Part shown: one piece after another, positions 18,649 through 28,384 of the stretch
How positions within the stretch are numbered: the stretch's first letter is position 1
Layout of the letters: each line of letters opens with the position of its first letter
Assembly: GCA_028287765.1 (NCBI GenBank)
Contig: JAQBPA010000117.1
Coordinates: forward strand, 40,483 to 104,482
From: Bacteriovoracaceae bacterium
GTDB taxonomy: Bacteria; Bdellovibrionota; UBA2394
DNA: 64,000 bases
Direction of reading: 5' to 3'
Notes under the pieces: generated by a model
What the model saw: the letters and a program-made list of their open reading frames with translations, nothing else
Told to the model about the DNA's origin: nothing
Database searches by the model: none
Position numbers and translations under genes: made by a program

Positions 18649-18831
18649 AGTACTAGATCAAGTAAAGAAACGCCTGCGGACTTGTGATCCCATCCTATGC
18701 GGCGTCGAAGTCGCAGAAGCCCACTTAAAGCCTCTATTACCCATTTAAAGCCATTTCTGGGTTGGCACGATTCCTGCTTTCTATAGGTATGTGGCACGAG
18801 GCTTCTTTAAAACCTTTAAAAAGGATGGAAT

Positions 18832-20058
18832 ATGAAAAAGATCATTTCGGCAGTTATTTTAATTTCCAGTTCACTCACAACGAATGTTTCAGCGCTTGAG
18901 GCATTAAAAGCCTCGGTGAATCAGAGCTATCTTGAAGAATTGAGAAAAACTTTTTTCGACAACGAAACGAAATTAGCCGAATTTGCTTCGGTAATCAAAA
19001 AGGCTCAGGACGCGAAAGTTAAAGTTACGGATGAGTTGATGCAAGCCCTCTTTACTCCTTTTAATACTTCAGCAGCGCAGGCACTGAGAAATAAATACGG
19101 ACTTACCGTCAATTTTCATTCTGCGGTTTCTGAGTATGAGAAAGCAGACTTTTACTCCACTTTACTTTTGGAAACGGCAAATATCGAAAAGCTAAATCGA
19201 ACGGGAAAAAAGCTTGATCTCAATATTACTTATTATCGAGATCAAAATCGCACAGAAAAACTTTCAAAATTATTTTCTAAAGAAGTCGCTGATCATTATA
19301 AATTGGCAAGTGAAGATGCAAATGTGGGAGGAAGAGCGCGGGCTTTTGACCTTTCAATAATGAACGCTGAACCAATAGCACAGATTCTACAAATACCTTC
19401 TGCTACCTACCCGACCCTCGAACTTATCGATAAAGAGAGTTCCTCAACGATTAAAAAGGATTGGGCTAATGGAACGATAATTACCGCAAAGGTCGGAGAG
19501 GAATCGATCACTGAGAAGGGGCAAGACTATTATTTGAAGCAAGTGCAAGAAGGAAACGTTTTCGCCAGAATTCAAACTGGGCAATATTTCCAATATATCC
19601 CAGTAAAAGAAGATGAAAATTTTAAATCATTTAAAAATACGATCAAAACTATAGGTGGCAGCGTAAAAGTTATACGAGGCCAGGTCCGCAATTTTTCTAA
19701 TGACGGTTTTGCACTCGCCTCCTTAACCATTCCAAAAGTAGCACTAGATCTCGATAAGACAAAAGCACCCATGGCCATCTTGAGCGATAATGTTTGGCTC
19801 TCCGGAGAGGCAGCTTTTAATCAAGATCACGTAAAAGAGTATTTTATCTCCAACCCGAGCGATGCCGTTGCAGCGATTGTTGCCACAGATGCAAAGTTAA
19901 AAATGGCGATTGCAGAAAAGGAAGTTCGCGAGGTGGCTGCTAATCAGAAAAAGATCGATGCGGATAAGAAAGATGCTCTCGATGGTCTTTTAAAGTCGTT
20001 AAAGGGACCCTCCACAAATTGTCCTCCAAAAGCACCTGTTTCCGCAGCGCACCGCTAA
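18832..20058 (+). CDS. Hypothetical secreted protein
   Basis: The signal peptide is 'MKKIISAVILISSSLTTNVSALEA'. The ORF is 408 aa. Confidence 0.4.
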   Translation: MKKIISAVILISSSLTTNVSALEALKASVNQSYLEELRKTFFDNETKLAEFASVIKKAQDAKVKVTDELMQALFTPFNTSAAQALRNKYGLTVNFHSAVSEYEKADFYSTLLLETANIEKLNRTGKKLDLNITYYRDQNRTEKLSKLFSKEVADHYKLASEDANVGGRARAFDLSIMNAEPIAQILQIPSATYPTLELIDKESSSTIKKDWANGTIITAKVGEESITEKGQDYYLKQVQEGNVFARIQTGQYFQYIPVKEDENFKSFKNTIKTIGGSVKVIRGQVRNFSNDGFALASLTIPKVALDLDKTKAPMAILSDNVWLSGEAAFNQDHVKEYFISNPSDAVAAIVATDAKLKMAIAEKEVREVAANQKKIDADKKDALDGLLKSLKGPSTNCPPKAPVSAAHR

Positions 20059-20107
20059 TTTGCACTAATCATTTCAATCCTCAGATTTTTTTGACAGACT
20101 TGAGGAA

Positions 20108-21388
20108 GTGAATCGACAGCAGCGCGCCTGGATATATTATGACGTCGGCCATAGTGCATTTGCGACAACCATTCTCACCGCAGTATTTCCTGTTTATCTT
20201 CCGACACTCCTTCCAAAAGACGGGGTTCATTTATCCATTGGTCCTCTCGAGTGGACGACCTCCGCACTCGCACTTTGGGCGTATATGGTTTCTCTCAGTG
20301 TCTTCATCACCTTTTTGATTTCTCCCATTCTTGGATCATGGGCAGATGAAGCGGGATATAAAAAAAGATTTCTCGCGCTCTTTACGGTCATCGGTGCGAT
20401 CGCTACGGTGTCGCTTGCCTTTTGTCAGCAATGGCAAATGGCACTCCTTGCGTTCGTCTTTGCCAATATTGGTTATAACGCTGCGTTCGTTTTTTATAAC
20501 TCTCTTCTTTCGACCGTCGCACCCGAAGAAAAAGAGCGGCATAAACTTTCGATTTCCGGTTACGCCTTCGGCTATATTTCAGGAGGCTCTACCTTAGCTT
20601 TTAATCTTCTTATGATTATGAAGTACGAATGGTTTGGATTTTCTTCCAAACAAATGGGTCTTCAAGCGAGCTTTATTTTAGTCGGCGTGTGGTGGTGTTT
20701 ATTTTTAATTCCAGCGCTTTTGATGATTGAAGAGAAAGCCACGGTCTCGAATAGTTCTTTTTCTGGAGTTTTTTTTAGAGCCAAGCAAATCCTTGGTACA
20801 ATCAAAAGCCTTCCTTCCTATCCAGCGCTTTTTTTATTCATCATCAGCTTTGCTTTTTTTAACGAAGGAATTCAAACCGTCATTTCAGTCGCCACACTTT
20901 TTGGAAAACAAACTCTCAAACTCCCCGAAAATACTTTAATCGGAACTCTTCTGATGGTGAATATTCTTGGACTTCCATTTACCCTTTCGATGAATTTTTT
21001 AAATCGCATCCTCGGCGCAAAAAAATTACTGATCGCCTCGCTTCTCTTTTGGATGTTTATTGTGACCTATGCTCAGTGGATGACGACCGCGAACGAGTTT
21101 TGGATTATGGGTGCTTTCGTGGCCCTCGTCATCGGCGTTTCGCAGGCGCTCCCTCGCTCCATATTTGCATCGCTCATTCCTCATGGACGCCAGGCAGAAT
21201 TTTTTAGTTTCTTTGCCCTTTCGGGAAAAATGACTTCCAGTCTCGGCGCTCTCTTTTTTGGACTAGTGAGCGATTTAACGGGAAATCCAAGGTTAGCCCT
21301 CCTTTCGTTATCGGTCTTTTTTGTGATTGGAATCACGGTCTTCTCTTTTGTTTCCATTGATCCAAAGAAAGCCGCGGCTATAGTATAA
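20108..21388 (+). CDS. MFS-type transporter
   Basis: The 426-aa ORF has about 12 hydrophobic segments and a GTG start. It is followed 4 nt later by the SBP gene. Confidence 0.65.
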   Translation: MNRQQRAWIYYDVGHSAFATTILTAVFPVYLPTLLPKDGVHLSIGPLEWTTSALALWAYMVSLSVFITFLISPILGSWADEAGYKKRFLALFTVIGAIATVSLAFCQQWQMALLAFVFANIGYNAAFVFYNSLLSTVAPEEKERHKLSISGYAFGYISGGSTLAFNLLMIMKYEWFGFSSKQMGLQASFILVGVWWCLFLIPALLMIEEKATVSNSSFSGVFFRAKQILGTIKSLPSYPALFLFIISFAFFNEGIQTVISVATLFGKQTLKLPENTLIGTLLMVNILGLPFTLSMNFLNRILGAKKLLIASLLFWMFIVTYAQWMTTANEFWIMGAFVALVIGVSQALPRSIFASLIPHGRQAEFFSFFALSGKMTSSLGALFFGLVSDLTGNPRLALLSLSVFFVIGITVFSFVSIDPKKAAAIV

Positions 21389-21391
21389 GAC

Positions 21392-23074
21392 ATGATAAAG
21401 AGCCTCTCCTCGTATTTGATCTTAGCTTCCATTCTTTTTAATTTTGATTCATGTAAAAAGTCTGCGCCCCAGAACACTGGCAAAACTATGCCGTTCTCGG
21501 TGGGAGTTTTACCGCCGGTAAAAAATGATCGAATGGTGAGTTTGCTTCCGGCAAATCCGACGATCCTGAATCCCATCCTAGCTTCAGATGGTTATGCCGG
21601 CGAAGTGACGAGCTTGATTTTTGACCGAATGGTCACTTGGAATGTGGACACGGGAGAACCTGAACCCAAATTAGCAGAATCCTGGAGTGTGTCGAAAGAC
21701 GGACTTACCTACCTTTTCAAACTCAGAAAAAATGCGACTTGGCACGATGGAAAACCGGTCACTGCAGAAGACGTCAAATTCACTTTTGATCGAATCAAAG
21801 ATCCCAAGGTCGATGCCGCTCATCTCCAAAATTATTTTTCGGGACTGGAATCGGTAACTATCAAAGGCCCTCTCGAAATTGAATTCAAAGTGAAAGAGCC
21901 CTATTTCAGGAATTTGATTATTTTGGGCGACACCGACATTCTTCCCAAACATATCTACGAAGTTTCTGATTTCAATAAAAATCCTGCCAATCGAGCTCCC
22001 ATTGGAAGCGGGCCGTATCAATTTGTAAAATGGGACAGTGGTCGCTCGATTCAACTCAAGCGTTTTACGAATTACTGGGGCAATCAAGACTCCAAATTTA
22101 AAGATCGTTATAATTTTAACGAAATTCTTTTTCGAATTATTACGGACGATGCAGTTGCCGTGATGGCGATGAAAAAGGGAGATATCGATGTCATCGACCC
22201 TACTCCCACCATGTTTGTTAAAGATTTTGCCGACCCGATTTATGAGCAGAAGTTTTATAAGCTTAAATTTTCGACAGAAGACGGAAATGGATATCGATTT
22301 ATCGGTTGGAATTTGAGAAGTCCGAAATTTAGTTCAAAAAAAATCAGACAAGCGCTTTCGATGAGTCTTCCTCGCGAGGAGATTAATAAAAAAGTGATGA
22401 ACGGACTACTCACTCTTGCTGTAGGAGCTTTTCCTCAAGGAAGTGATAAAAATGATCCGAGTGTAAAACCTGTTCCTTACGATCTGGAAAAGGCCAAAGC
22501 CCTTTTGGCTGAAGAAGGCTGGAAGCCTGATGCCAATGGAATTTTAACCAAAGGCGATCAGAAATTTAATTTTGAACTTTTATTTGTCGCCGGTGTTCCT
22601 GAAAACGAACGCGTCGCCCTTATTTATCAACAATCGTTGAAAGCCATTGGCATCGAGATGAATATTAAGACTCTCGAATGGACCGTGTTTTTAAAGCAGC
22701 TTGAAGAAAATAGTTTCGATGCTTTTTATATGGCATGGAGCTCTTCACTCGACAGTGATCCTTATCAGATTTGGCATTCGAGTCAGGCCGTAAAAGGTGG
22801 AAGCAATCGAGTCGGATTTTCAAATAAGAGAGCCGATGAAATCCTTACAGAAGCACGAAAGACTCTCGATAAACCAAAACGCTTGGAACTCTACCGTGAG
22901 TTTTCAAAAATAATTGCCGACGAGCAGCCTTATACTTTTGTTTTTGAAAGACCGCTCATCTCCATTATCGACCGTCGATTTGAAAACGTGCTTCCTGTCG
23001 GAAAATTGGGTTTAGATTCTTCCAAATGGTTTACGCCGATGGGACGGGAGCGAGCGAATCTAGCGGCTCATTAA
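21392..23074 (+). CDS. ABC transporter substrate-binding protein, family 5 (OppA/DppA-like peptide/nickel binding)
   Basis: The 560-aa ORF has an N-terminal signal or lipobox region 'LILASILFNFDSCKK' and SBP_bac_5-like architecture, e.g. 'YFSGLESVTIKGPLEIEFKVKEPYF'. Confidence 0.8.
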   Translation: MIKSLSSYLILASILFNFDSCKKSAPQNTGKTMPFSVGVLPPVKNDRMVSLLPANPTILNPILASDGYAGEVTSLIFDRMVTWNVDTGEPEPKLAESWSVSKDGLTYLFKLRKNATWHDGKPVTAEDVKFTFDRIKDPKVDAAHLQNYFSGLESVTIKGPLEIEFKVKEPYFRNLIILGDTDILPKHIYEVSDFNKNPANRAPIGSGPYQFVKWDSGRSIQLKRFTNYWGNQDSKFKDRYNFNEILFRIITDDAVAVMAMKKGDIDVIDPTPTMFVKDFADPIYEQKFYKLKFSTEDGNGYRFIGWNLRSPKFSSKKIRQALSMSLPREEINKKVMNGLLTLAVGAFPQGSDKNDPSVKPVPYDLEKAKALLAEEGWKPDANGILTKGDQKFNFELLFVAGVPENERVALIYQQSLKAIGIEMNIKTLEWTVFLKQLEENSFDAFYMAWSSSLDSDPYQIWHSSQAVKGGSNRVGFSNKRADEILTEARKTLDKPKRLELYREFSKIIADEQPYTFVFERPLISIIDRRFENVLPVGKLGLDSSKWFTPMGRERANLAAH

Positions 23075-23081
23075 AAAATAA

Positions 23082-24089
23082 ATGTCTTCCTATCTCATTA
23101 AACGGGTTGGTCTTCTGATTCTCACATTATTTGGGATCACCTTTGTCTCCTTCATCATGCTCCAGCTAGCTCCGGGCTCTCCGCTTGAAATGAAACTTTC
23201 TCAAGATAAATCGGGCGGGCTCGGAAATAAAAGCGTCATTACAGAAGAAGCGAGAGAACAACTCAAAAAGCTTTACCATCTCGATAAGCCCATTCTCACT
23301 CGCTACGCTCTCTGGCTGAATGATATCGCCCATCTAAACTTTGGAGAATCCTTCACCGATCATCGGCCCGTCATTGAAAAGATTAAGGAGAGAATTCCCA
23401 TTTCGCTCGCCTTTGGAATTTCTTCCATCGTGATTGCACTTTTGATTGGCATTCCCCTCGGTCTCATCAGCGGCGCTAAACAAAATTCTATTTGGGATCG
23501 TTGGATCACTTTTTTAGTGATCGCCGAATATTCCCTTCCTTCTTATGTGATCGGCATTTTACTTCTTACCTTTTTTGGAGGCGGCGATTTTTTTGATTGG
23601 TTTCCTATTTATGGAATTCAAAGCGACAGTTACGAAAATTTAACCTTTTTTGCAAAAATAATGGATCGTGCGCACCACTTTGTTCTGCCCTGTATTTGTT
23701 ACTGCATTGGCAGCCTCGCTTTTATTACGCAGCAGCAACGGGCAAGTTTTCTAGAAGCTCTTCACCAAGATTATATCCGAACCGCTCGCGCCAAAGGGCT
23801 TTCAGAGCGCTGGGTTCTTTTGAAACATGCTTTTAGAAATTCGCTCATTCCCATTATCACCATTGTCGGCGGAATGATCCCCGGTATTCTTGGCGGTGGA
23901 GTTATTATTGAATCTCTTTTCTCGATTCCAGGACTTGGTCTTCTCTCTTACGAATCTCTTTTGCAAAGAGATTATCCGACAATCATGGCTAATTTTACGA
24001 TTTCTGCGTTCTTATCGCTCTTAGGAATCTTTTTGTCGGATATTTGTTACGTCTTAATTGATCCAAGAATCGATTTTGAGGGCAGATGA
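23082..24089 (+). CDS. ABC transporter permease, OppB/DppB-like
   Basis: The ORF has 6 TM segments and the EAA-like loop 'DYIRTARAKGLSERWVLLKHAFRNSLIPIIT'. Confidence 0.85.
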   Translation: MSSYLIKRVGLLILTLFGITFVSFIMLQLAPGSPLEMKLSQDKSGGLGNKSVITEEAREQLKKLYHLDKPILTRYALWLNDIAHLNFGESFTDHRPVIEKIKERIPISLAFGISSIVIALLIGIPLGLISGAKQNSIWDRWITFLVIAEYSLPSYVIGILLLTFFGGGDFFDWFPIYGIQSDSYENLTFFAKIMDRAHHFVLPCICYCIGSLAFITQQQRASFLEALHQDYIRTARAKGLSERWVLLKHAFRNSLIPIITIVGGMIPGILGGGVIIESLFSIPGLGLLSYESLLQRDYPTIMANFTISAFLSLLGIFLSDICYVLIDPRIDFEGR

Positions 24090-24937
24090 AAATCTCAAAG
24101 CTCACCATTATTTCTTTTGTTTTCGTTTTATGTTTTTTATTGATCGCCGTTTTTGCTCATCTCATTGCAGATGATTCCAAAGCGCCGGGCATTCTCCCGA
24201 TTGTTAAATTTGGACCGGAATCGACTGATATTTTTAGCTCAGAAATCTTAGGCCGTCCCACGAGGAGCCACTGGTTTGGTACGGACTATATCGGACGAGA
24301 TGTTTTTGCCCGATTGGTGCACGCGATTAAAAATTCCCTCTTCTTCTCTATCGCGGTCGTCTTAGTTTGCATGATTCTCGGTGTACTGATCGGTGGCATC
24401 ATGGGATTTTTTGGGGGAAAGATCGATCTCATCCTCTCAAGAATTGTCGAAGTCATCGGAAATTTTCCGATCTTTCTCCTTCAACTCACTCTTCTCGCTT
24501 TTTTTTCTCAGAACTACTGGGTCTTACTCTTCGTGATGACGATCGCGGGGTGGATTCCGTATGCCAGGTTTACACGCGCTGAGTTTTTTCGGCTTCGAAA
24601 TCAAGAATTCGTGCACGCGGCCGAAGCTTTAGGTGCTTCAAAGTTTCGCATCTTCTTTAGACACTTACTTCCGAACTCGCTCACTCCCATTTTGATTTAT
24701 ACGCCCTTCGATTTATCTTCGACCATTGTGGTCTTAGGAGCTCTCTCGTTTCTTGGATTTGGTGAGCCGATTAATGTGGCGAGTCTCGGAGAATTGCTGA
24801 AGCAAGCCAAAGATCATTTTCAAGAAGCTTGGTGGCTTGCCGTATTTCCCGGTGTGACATTATTTTTACTAACCCTTTCTTTGACTATCTTTGGCTCTGG
24901 CCTTCGTGATTATTTAGATCCAAGGCAAGCTGAATGA
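24086..24937 (+). CDS. ABC transporter permease, OppC/DppC-like
   Basis: The 283-aa ORF has TM segments and the motif 'EFVHAAEALGASKFRIFFRHLLPNSLTPIL'. It overlaps its upstream neighbour by 4 nt. Confidence 0.85.
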   Translation: MKISKLTIISFVFVLCFLLIAVFAHLIADDSKAPGILPIVKFGPESTDIFSSEILGRPTRSHWFGTDYIGRDVFARLVHAIKNSLFFSIAVVLVCMILGVLIGGIMGFFGGKIDLILSRIVEVIGNFPIFLLQLTLLAFFSQNYWVLLFVMTIAGWIPYARFTRAEFFRLRNQEFVHAAEALGASKFRIFFRHLLPNSLTPILIYTPFDLSSTIVVLGALSFLGFGEPINVASLGELLKQAKDHFQEAWWLAVFPGVTLFLLTLSLTIFGSGLRDYLDPRQAE

Positions 24938-25737
24938 AAATTCATCCCAGAGGAAAATCCAAATACGGACACCGCTATAATTGGCGGCCCGATTTACCCG
25001 ATCAGAGGGATTTAAGATTTTCAATTTCACCCAAGGCTCTCCCGAAGGCCGTCGATCTTCGTAAAGAATGCCCTCCGGTTGTAAACCAACTCAAGATTGG
25101 CAGCTGCACAGGAAATGCGCTTGCTGGAGCGATGGGATTTTTAGAAGAGATGGATCTTAGAGAAAAAGGCGGCAGCGATCCTCATCTCTATAGCGTTGAT
25201 ACTTTTGAAGCAGTAAGTCGGCTATTCATTTATTTTAATGAACGTCTTATCGAAGGAACAACAGGTCAAGATGCCGGTGCAAATTTAAGAGACGGCATCA
25301 AAAGTTTAGCTAAAGTAGGCGTTTGTAGAGAAAAAGTTTGGAAGTATTCGCCTTCACTGACTTTCACAAAACCAGACGCAAAATCTTATAAAGAAGCATC
25401 GAGCCATCTCATCACGAGTTATTTGGCATTAAAAAATATCGAGGAGATGAAGCACTGTCTGGCCGACGGATTTCCTTTTGTTTTTGGATTTTCAGTCTAC
25501 GAGTCCTTTGAAAGTCCTGACGTCGCCAAAACAGGCGTGATGCCCATGCCTGCTTCTGATGAAAAACTTTTGGGTGGTCATGCGGTGATGGCCGTGGGTT
25601 ACGATGATTCAAAAAAGTTCTTCTGGGTTCGAAACTCCTGGGGTACGGAATGGGGTCAAAAAGGATATTTCCAAATGCCGTTCGAATATTTCGAGACTTC
25701 AGGTCTCGCTCAGGATTTTTGGACGATTCGGCAGTAA
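24934..25737 (+). CDS. Papain-family (C1) cysteine peptidase with no signal peptide
   Basis: The active-site Cys region is 'QLKIGSCTGNALAGA', the His region is 'GGHAVMAVGYD', and the Asn/Trp region is 'WVRNSWGTEWGQKGYFQMPF'. It overlaps the oppC-like gene by 4 nt. Confidence 0.8.
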   Translation: MKIHPRGKSKYGHRYNWRPDLPDQRDLRFSISPKALPKAVDLRKECPPVVNQLKIGSCTGNALAGAMGFLEEMDLREKGGSDPHLYSVDTFEAVSRLFIYFNERLIEGTTGQDAGANLRDGIKSLAKVGVCREKVWKYSPSLTFTKPDAKSYKEASSHLITSYLALKNIEEMKHCLADGFPFVFGFSVYESFESPDVAKTGVMPMPASDEKLLGGHAVMAVGYDDSKKFFWVRNSWGTEWGQKGYFQMPFEYFETSGLAQDFWTIRQ

Positions 25738-25747
25738 AAAAATAAAA

Positions 25748-26258
25748 AAAGGTAAAGGCTATAAGCCGGGTTCTGTTCCTAAAGGTTTTTAACGCCTTTA
25801 AGTAATGACCATCAATCTGGGAGAGTTGTTACCAACTCCCTCAAGCAACCGACCTTCGTTTCTGACTACTCTCTTGCCAACCGCGGAGCAGTCACAGTGG
25901 GGAGCTTCCCACCCATAGGCTCACACCTACAAAAACGATTCTTGGTCTTGCACCCCATAGGGTTTAGCGCGATTACAGTCACCTGCAAAAGCCGTGAGCT
26001 CTTACCTCACGTTTTCAACCTTACCTGATCTTCTTTCGAAGCCATCGGCGGTGTATTTTCTGTGCCACTTTCCGTATTTCGCTAAGCTTGCAGATCTTAC
26101 GACCCACTTACCCGACGAAACCCAGGCCGTTAGCCTGTATGGTAGCTCAAGTCTGACTCACTTTTTCTGTTGAAGAAGTCTATCAAACTAGGTGCCCGGA
26201 CTTTCCTCTATTCAAAAATTTTTACGTCTCTGAACAGCGATCATCCACCTTTACCTTT
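25748..26258 (-). ncRNA. rnpB: RNase P RNA (bacterial type A)
   Basis: The minus strand reads AGGAAAGUCCGGGCAC (P4 5' strand, template 26191-26210), ACCGCCGAUGGCUUCGAAAGAAGAUCAGGUAAGGUUGAAAACGUGAGGUAAGAGCUCACGGC (the conserved P10-P12 core) and ACAGAACCCGGCUUAU (P4 3' strand, template 25761-25780). The P1 pairing GGUAAAGG/CCUUUACC is followed by a U-rich tail. The region is ORF-free and GC-richer than its surroundings. It appears longer than E. coli M1 RNA, with expansions in P5-P9 and the 3' domain. Confidence 0.8.
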
Positions 26259-26325
26259 TCTTAATATTGAAATACTAAACTCGAAATTCGCAATCAATAA
26301 TTTTTAATTTTATGGAACAGAAAAT

Positions 26326-27081
26326 CTACGAAGCGACCGAATGAGGCGTGTTTTCGGTATCATTGGGATAAAGAATTCTCGAACAACTCGGACAAGTGAT
26401 GATTTCTTCCATCTTTTCAAGTCGGTAGCGAAGCTGTGGAGGGATCGCGACGAAGCAACCGCCACAATTGAGTCCCTTGACGAGAGCAATTCCATTTCCT
26501 TTTCGAATTCTTTGCACTCGCTCGTACAAAGAAAAGACAGATTCATCGACAACAGAAATATGAGCAGCCCTTTGAGCTTCTAACTTCTTGATTTCTTCTT
26601 GGAGTTCCGCTGTGCGCGTCTTTTTATTCTCATCTATTTCTTTAAGTTTAGCCTCGAGCTCTGAAATCGCCTTTTGCTTTTCATCTCGAGCAGCGGCCTT
26701 TTCGGTTGCGATCTTTTGCTTTTCTTCTAAAAGTTTTTCATTTTCTTGAGCTCGTCTTTGAAAAGCTTCGTATTCTTTATTGGCGGCAAATTCTTCTTTA
26801 GTATTTCGAACATCTCGTCGTTTTGACTCAGCACGTTTCAAATCGTCTTTGAGAGTAAGTGTGCGAAGCTCTAAACCACGTCGATCGCGGTCCACATCTC
26901 GAAAAACGCGATCCACCGCTTTGAAAGTTTTTTGAAGTTCATCAAGTTTAGTCTGAATATCTAAAGCCTCTGGAGAAGGATTTTTGATCTCAGCATTCAG
27001 TTGGAAAAGTTGCCCATCGATTTCTTGCAGCCGCAAAAGGGCCTCAATTGATGTTTTAATAGTTTCAGATTTCATTTCCAC
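26326..27081 (-). CDS. COG1579-like coiled-coil protein with a C-terminal C4 zinc ribbon
   Basis: The 251-aa ORF is largely coiled coil and ends with 'CGGCFVAIPPQLRYRL...CPSCSRILY'. Confidence 0.55.
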   Translation of the reverse strand: MEMKSETIKTSIEALLRLQEIDGQLFQLNAEIKNPSPEALDIQTKLDELQKTFKAVDRVFRDVDRDRRGLELRTLTLKDDLKRAESKRRDVRNTKEEFAANKEYEAFQRRAQENEKLLEEKQKIATEKAAARDEKQKAISELEAKLKEIDENKKTRTAELQEEIKKLEAQRAAHISVVDESVFSLYERVQRIRKGNGIALVKGLNCGGCFVAIPPQLRYRLEKMEEIITCPSCSRILYPNDTENTPHSVAS

Positions 27082-27163
27082 GATGGCAGACTCCTATGCC
27101 CTTCTTATCATAATAAACAGTAAAAAGCTCAAGGGATAATTCGGTTATAAAAAGGTAAAGAGG

Positions 27164-27577
27164 CTATAGAGCGTCTCCCATACTAAAGGCCAACAAACGC
27201 TCCCTAATCTCATCTCGAATTTTTCTAAAAGCTGCCAAGCGGTCGCTTTCGGGTCCAACTGCGGCGGGATCTGGAAGCGGCCAATGAAGACGCTTGGCTT
27301 TGCCCAAAAAAACAGGGCAAACCTCTTCGGCACATAAAGTAATCACGACGTCCACGGATTTTGGATCAATCGAATCAACTGCCTTCGACCTTTGTTTTGA
27401 AATATCTATACCCATTTCTTCTAAGACCTGAATCGCGAGAGGATTTATGCTCGACGGCTTTGAGCCTGCGCTTTGAATTGTATGCTTTTTATCTAAAAAA
27501 TGTCGGGCTAAACCTTCAGCCATTTGACTACGAGCGGAATTGGCAACACACAAAAATAAAATCTTCATCAGCAGCAA
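27164..27577 (-). CDS. arsC: Arsenate reductase, LMW-PTP/thioredoxin-coupled ArsC type
   Basis: The P-loop CX5R motif is '[17 protein letters not shown]'. The ORF is 137 aa with downstream Cys residues. Confidence 0.8.
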   Translation of the reverse strand: MLLMKILFLCVANSARSQMAEGLARHFLDKKHTIQSAGSKPSSINPLAIQVLEEMGIDISKQRSKAVDSIDPKSVDVVITLCAEEVCPVFLGKAKRLHWPLPDPAAVGPESDRLAAFRKIRDEIRERLLAFSMGDAL

Positions 27578-28278
27578 CCCGCCGCATCTTTTGTGCTTTC
27601 GCTGTCACAACGAATCCATCGATAAAATAAAGCTCCTCCCGCCGATCCGATAAAAGGGCCCAAAAAATAAATCCAGAGTTGGCCTACTCCTCCTTGAAAG
27701 AGAGCAGGTGCCAGCGATCGAGCAGGATTCATCGATGCACCCGTGAGAGGTCCTCCCAAGAAAGCATTGAGTGCCACGATCATCCCAATCGCCGCTCCCG
27801 CGATCACGCCGATCACTCTCGTATCGGTGGCCACTGCCATAATGACGACCATCAAAAAGAAAGTGAGCAGAATCTCCCAACCGAGAGCTTTTAACGCCGG
27901 CAGATGAGGAGTCGTAGCTCCAAATTCATTCCCCGCCGGAAGAAGGAGATATAAAATGATCGCGGCAGAAATCGCTCCCAAAAACTGCGCTGACCAATAC
28001 GAAAGCATTTCTCGAAACGGAAAATGTCGCCCGATCACAAAACCGAGTGTCACGGCAGGATTAAAGTGCGCGCCTGAGATATGGCCTAAAGTATAAATCA
28101 TCGTCGAGACCGTAAGACCAAAAATAAGAGGAACGAAGTGCGGATCAACGGCCCATCCAAATCTTTGATGAACCATGAGGCTCCCACATCCAAAAAAAAC
28201 GATCGCAAACGTTCCCAAAAACTCAGCCAACCATTTGCTCGCCTGAAAATGATGATATTTTTTTAATGTCGAAATCAT
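27568..28278 (-). CDS. MIP-family aquaglyceroporin, putative arsenite channel (AqpS-like)
   Basis: The two NPA boxes are '[12 protein letters not shown]' and '[12 protein letters not shown]'. The ORF has 6 TM segments and overlaps the arsC start by 10 nt. Confidence 0.8.
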   Translation of the reverse strand: MISTLKKYHHFQASKWLAEFLGTFAIVFFGCGSLMVHQRFGWAVDPHFVPLIFGLTVSTMIYTLGHISGAHFNPAVTLGFVIGRHFPFREMLSYWSAQFLGAISAAIILYLLLPAGNEFGATTPHLPALKALGWEILLTFFLMVVIMAVATDTRVIGVIAGAAIGMIVALNAFLGGPLTGASMNPARSLAPALFQGGVGQLWIYFLGPFIGSAGGALFYRWIRCDSESTKDAAGCC

Positions 28279-28384
28279 GACGCGACTGGACCAGAATTTA
28301 GCCTCTCATTCAATGGGGATCTTAATTAAAAAGACCTCCTTTCCTTAAGTGACAACGCTCAGGCTTTCTCCTTCTATTATATAA

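Noticed and set aside
25604-25792. A 62-aa + strand ORF after the peptidase gene
   Set aside because: It overlaps the 3' end of the RNase P RNA gene on the opposite strand and has no coding signature.
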